Assembly (NCBI GenBank): GCA_963668625.2
Contig: CAXXKA010000008.1
Coordinates: 160,001 to 224,000, forward strand
DNA from: an uncultured candidate division Zixibacteria bacterium
Lineage (GTDB): Bacteria; Zixibacteria; MSB-5A5; UBA10806; 4484-95
Reading direction: 5' to 3'
Length of the DNA stretch: 64,000 nucleotides
In this document: piece after piece, positions 60,508-64,000 of the stretch
Layout of the letters: every line of letters starts with the position of its first letter
Position numbering within the stretch: position 1 is the stretch's first letter
Notes under the pieces: generated by a model
What the model was told of the DNA's origin: nothing
The model's database searches: none
The model's input: the letters and a program-made list of their open reading frames with translations, nothing else
Translations under genes and position numbers: made by a program

Positions 60508-61233
60508 ATGTTACGAGCTAGTTCAATTAACATGAAATATCCTGGAGGTGCTCAAGCTTTAGATAATGTTTCTTTGACAGTGCCTAATGGTCATATTTAT
60601 TGTTTATTGGGCTCAAATGGAGCCGGGAAATCTACTTTGATTCATCTTTTTCTAGATTTTATCAGGCCTGATTCTGGGAACACATATGTTGACGATATAC
60701 TAGTCCAGGAAAATCCTGTATTAGCAAGACATAATCTTGCTTATCTTCCCGATCAAGTGGAGTTGTTCGAAGAGATGTCTGGCGCAGACAATCTGACGTT
60801 TTTTTGCAGGATTGCGAAACAAAATATAAACTCCAATCAAATAACTAATTTGTTCGATGCTGTCAATTTAGAGCCGCATTGGAGCACAAAAAAAGTTGGG
60901 ACCTATTCTCGAGGAATGAGGCAAAAACTTGGCCTGGCGATTCTGATAGGAAGAAATGCAGGATCATTTTTGATGGATGAACCGACACTGGGTCTTGATC
61001 CACAATCAAGTCGAGATTTAGTTGAGGTTATTTTAAAATTAAAATCGGAAAATTCATCTGTTTTGGTTTCAACACATGATCTATTGCGAGCCCAACAAAT
61101 TGCGGATACAATAGGAATATTAAAAAAAGGGAAACTTATAACCGAAATAAGTAAATCTGATATAGCTAAAATTGATTTGGAAAAAGTATATTTGGAATAT
61201 CTGGATTATTGTGAAAAGGATACGCCTGTATAA
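60508..61233 (+). CDS. ABC transporter ATP-binding protein
   Basis: GSNGAGKST, YSRGMRQK, MDEPT and STHD motifs. Confidence 0.9.
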   Translation: MLRASSINMKYPGGAQALDNVSLTVPNGHIYCLLGSNGAGKSTLIHLFLDFIRPDSGNTYVDDILVQENPVLARHNLAYLPDQVELFEEMSGADNLTFFCRIAKQNINSNQITNLFDAVNLEPHWSTKKVGTYSRGMRQKLGLAILIGRNAGSFLMDEPTLGLDPQSSRDLVEVILKLKSENSSVLVSTHDLLRAQQIADTIGILKKGKLITEISKSDIAKIDLEKVYLEYLDYCEKDTPV

Positions 61234-61390
61234 AATAGTTAATACAATTTAAAGCCAGATATAGAATATAACGCCGGTAGGGGGTTGGATAAACAATTTC
61301 AGGAAATGTTTATTTCGATAATTAGCTGGTCAATAATCCTCTTAATATCATAGCACTTAGCTTCCCCCCATTGTTTGGACAGTAATTTAG

Positions 61391-62260
61391 CTAAAATAAG
61401 GTGGAATTTCTAAGTATTAGTCCATTATTTTTCTGTTTAATCGATTCCTTTTTTGAATTTAAATTATAAACCTCATAAGGCGTCTTGCCGTTTAAGGCCT
61501 GATGGAAACGTTCGGTGTTGTAGAATTCGAAATACCTCTTCAAACCGAGGTAAGCCTCCGCCGGCGTCTGGTAATCGTGAATGTATACCTCCTCGTACTT
61601 GACCGATCTCCACAGACGCTCGACAAAAATATTGTCAAGATACCGACCGCGACCGTCCATGCTGATAGCGATCCGCTTGTCTTGCAGTACACCGGTGAAA
61701 TCCTTGTCGGTAAACTGTGTTCCCTGATCGCTGTTGAATATCTCCGGCTGTTTGCCATCCAACGATTCCTCCAATGCCTCCACGCAGAAAGAGCTCTCAA
61801 GAGTATTGGACAAACGCCAGGCAAGAACGTAACGCGAGAACCAATCAATCACTGCCGCCAGATAGAGAAAGCCCCGGCTAAGACGAATATACGTGATATC
61901 GGCGCTCCAGACCTGGTCAACATGATCAATCAGGACATCGCGTAAAAGATACGGATATATCTTGTTAGACGGACAAGGCTTGCTCGTATTTGGAACAGCT
62001 TGAAGACCCATAATCCTCATCAGACGTTCAACCCGCTTGTGATTTATATCATATCCCTGAGACTTTAGACAGAGTGTCATCTTAGGACTGCCGTAAAACG
62101 GGGTCCTGGTATATTGCTCGTCAAGCAGACGCATAAGTGTCAGGTTCAAATCGCTTTCCCCAGTAGGCCGGTAGTAGTAGCTTGAACGGGGAAGCCCCAA
62201 AAGCTGGCACTGACGGCTAATTGAAATGTCCGGGTTTGATCGTTCCACCAGATTCCTCAA
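61391..62260 (-). CDS. IS3 OrfB (DDE integrase core)
   Basis: WSADITY, NSDQGTQF, DNIFVERLWRSVKYE and YNTERFHQAL motifs. Confidence 0.92.
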   Translation of the reverse strand: MRNLVERSNPDISISRQCQLLGLPRSSYYYRPTGESDLNLTLMRLLDEQYTRTPFYGSPKMTLCLKSQGYDINHKRVERLMRIMGLQAVPNTSKPCPSNKIYPYLLRDVLIDHVDQVWSADITYIRLSRGFLYLAAVIDWFSRYVLAWRLSNTLESSFCVEALEESLDGKQPEIFNSDQGTQFTDKDFTGVLQDKRIAISMDGRGRYLDNIFVERLWRSVKYEEVYIHDYQTPAEAYLGLKRYFEFYNTERFHQALNGKTPYEVYNLNSKKESIKQKNNGLILRNSTLF

Positions 62261-62264
62261 ATCC

Positions 62265-62552
62265 TCAGGCGAGACGCCCGCTCCTTTTTTTTAGAAATGC
62301 CAACTCCACCTGAAGCTTGCCAATCTCCTGATAGAGAGCATCCATCCTGGCTTGCTCATCCTCCCGCAACTTGGCCTTGCCGTTAGAAAAGGCTTCCGGG
62401 AGAGACTGTAAAGCCTGCTTCTTCCACATACCAACCTGATTAGGGTGTACTTCGTATTCCGAGGCTATCTGATTAACGGTCTTCTGACCGCGAATGGCCT
62501 CTATGGCTACTTTTGCTTTAAGCTCCCCGCTGTATCGACTTCGCTTCATCAA
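62265..62552 (-). CDS. IS3 OrfA (HTH)
   Basis: YSGELKAKVAIEA...YEVHPNQV..WKK; A8 slippery run near the 3' end. Confidence 0.9.
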   Translation of the reverse strand: MMKRSRYSGELKAKVAIEAIRGQKTVNQIASEYEVHPNQVGMWKKQALQSLPEAFSNGKAKLREDEQARMDALYQEIGKLQVELAFLKKRSGRLA

Positions 62553-62624
62553 TTACCCTTTCTGGACATTTCTACTAATTTAATACCACCTTAAACAATT
62601 GTCCAGTTTTTGGGGGAAAGCTCA

Positions 62625-63344
62625 ATCCGTTATTATATTATGACGACTATCAGTGGTAACATGATCAAGATAATAGAAACCCTCACCCTTACGGTCACGA
62701 CACATGTAACCGCTGTCGGGATCAGTCAAGCTACGCTTAATATGACGGTTCTCAGGTATCTCCTCTTTTGGCTTTAAAGGCTTCTTGTCGTGTGCCAGAC
62801 GCTCCTCGTTGACTGCCGCCTCAAGCTCCTCCAGATAATCACGGGGAGCCTGTTCAACCTCAACAATCTCCCGACGGTTACGATTGGCCGAGGCTTTCAA
62901 ATGAGTCGAATCAGTGAACAGATATTTGCCACCAACCAGACCTCTGGCAATAGCCTGACGAACGATCTCATCAAACACCTCCCGGAAAACATCGCTGTCG
63001 GTGAAACGCCGCCGACGGTTCTGGCTGATAGTCGAATGATCAGGAACCGGATCAGTCAATCCCAAACCTAAAAACCAGCGATAAGCAACATTCACCTTGA
63101 TATCCCGCTCCAGTTGACGCTCTGAACGAATGCCATACAAATAACCAATCAACATCATCTTAAATAACACCACCGGATCAAGACCGGGACGACCTTTATC
63201 CGAGTATAAATCCTTCACCTTCTCGTAAATAAATGAAAACTTAACGCTCTTCTCCACCTTCCGAAGAAGATGATCTTTGGGCACTAAATCCTCGATGCAT
63301 ACAAACTCACTTTTACTCTGTGAACTATCATTACGCGTAAACAT
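62625..63344 (-). pseudogene. IS1182-family transposase, 3'-truncated by the IS3 insertion
   Basis: LVPKDHLLRK, GRPGLDP, YLYGIRSER, PDHSTIS, DSTHLKASA and TDPDS motifs; C-terminal half absent; palindromic end region at ~63420-63451. Confidence 0.85.
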
Positions 63345-63452
63345 CTAGCCACCTCCGATAATCACCTGAACTATAATATTCCTATTAAAAGGGATAATAT
63401 CAATACGAGTAAATTAAAAAGGCTGTCGACATGACTTTGTCAACAGCCTGAA

Positions 63453-63474
63453 AGGCGGCCTGTTGAGGCCGCCT
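63453..63474 (-). terminator. Terminator of the final gene, abutting the IS1182 end
   Basis: AGGCGGCCT-GTTG-AGGCCGCCT hairpin. Confidence 0.6.
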
Positions 63475-63550
63475 CCAGTAGATCAAGGTCAAAGTGTTAG
63501 AGCACTTTTAAAGAAGTAGTAGCTGAGTTTAATTACTCGAATCAAGGAGT

Positions 63551-64000
63551 TCATTCACAATTCGGCCAACCATCGGGAGCCTCGGCCGGTAAATCACCGC
63601 TGCTTTGCCAGGTTGGTTCATAGTCAGGGCAGAAATGCAATTCGTTCGCGCCTCGGAAATACTGAACCAGGTAGGTGACATCCGCACCGATTACCGAACA
63701 ATCTCCGTTAGCATCAGCCGAGTTATAGAAACCACCGACCAGACACGGTGCGGCAATAGCCCGGAAATAGTTCACCAGGTAGGTTACATCAGCGCCGATT
63801 ACATTCGGCGGCCACGAGCCGGCAGCCATGTTGGCATCACCGGGGAGGTATTCGTATCCTGGATTACCAGTGGCAATGCCGGTCACATGTATAGTATAAT
63901 CGCCCATAGCTCCAATAGCCATTTTTATTGGATACCAATATTCACCAGCGGGCAGATCGTTCCACATAAAAAGCATGTTTTCATCTTCGCACAAGGATGT
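63551..64000 (-). CDS. C-terminus of a secreted protein with a duplicated dockerin-like Ca-binding repeat (5'-partial)
   Basis: GDAN...IGADVTYLVNYF and ADANGDC.VIGADVTYLVQYF repeats; the frame is open to the window end. Confidence 0.8.
   Translation of the reverse strand, partial: TSLCEDENMLFMWNDLPAGEYWYPIKMAIGAMGDYTIHVTGIATGNPGYEYLPGDANMAAGSWPPNVIGADVTYLVNYFRAIAAPCLVGGFYNSADANGDCSVIGADVTYLVQYFRGANELHFCPDYEPTWQSSGDLPAEAPDGWPNCE

Larger units (their letters stand above)
61357..62624 (-). mobile_element. IS3-family insertion sequence
   Basis: Imperfect IRs TGAGCTTTCCCCCAAAAACTGGACA / TTAGCTTCCCCCCATTGTTTGGACA; orfA plus orfB. Confidence 0.88.

Overview
Chromosomal window from an anaerobic bacterium. 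The C-terminal dockerin-like protein and FlgD/T9SS-like-tailed secreted protein suggest candidate phylum Zixibacteria or a relative; this is inference only. A GC-richer housekeeping backbone (SLC13 permease, response regulator, PP2C phosphatase, cNMP-domain AspA, aminopeptidase, FadF-like Fe-S protein, Tex, ferritin/rubrerythrin-like/desulfoferrodoxin, PepE, AsnS, tRNA-Val) is interleaved with AT-rich accessory DNA. Accessory content: (i) a Gabija-like OLD+UvrD pair; (ii) a radical SAM/SPASM RiPP cluster whose 50-aa Cys-rich precursor (41633-41785) is missing from the ORF track; (iii) a ~7.1-kb Liv-type ABC importer module carrying an unknown membrane protein and a Tyr-to-His SDR, bracketed by 30-bp inverted repeats; (iv) an HNH nuclease; (v) a second peptide locus with a signal-peptide-bearing 9-Cys peptide, thioredoxin-like and beta-propeller proteins and an ABC system. 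Intergenic DNA is dense in small mobile repeats: a RAYT transposase with its REPs, at least five other REP-like hairpin families, a 1.8-kb REPIN-like tandem array, and a ~254-bp IS4-type MITE family with 9-bp target duplications that carries an internal REP doublet. There are also IS4, IS3 and truncated IS1182 elements and a 59-bp promoter cassette shared by two unrelated AT-rich cargo loci. Three single-base deficits in homopolymer runs may be assembly errors.
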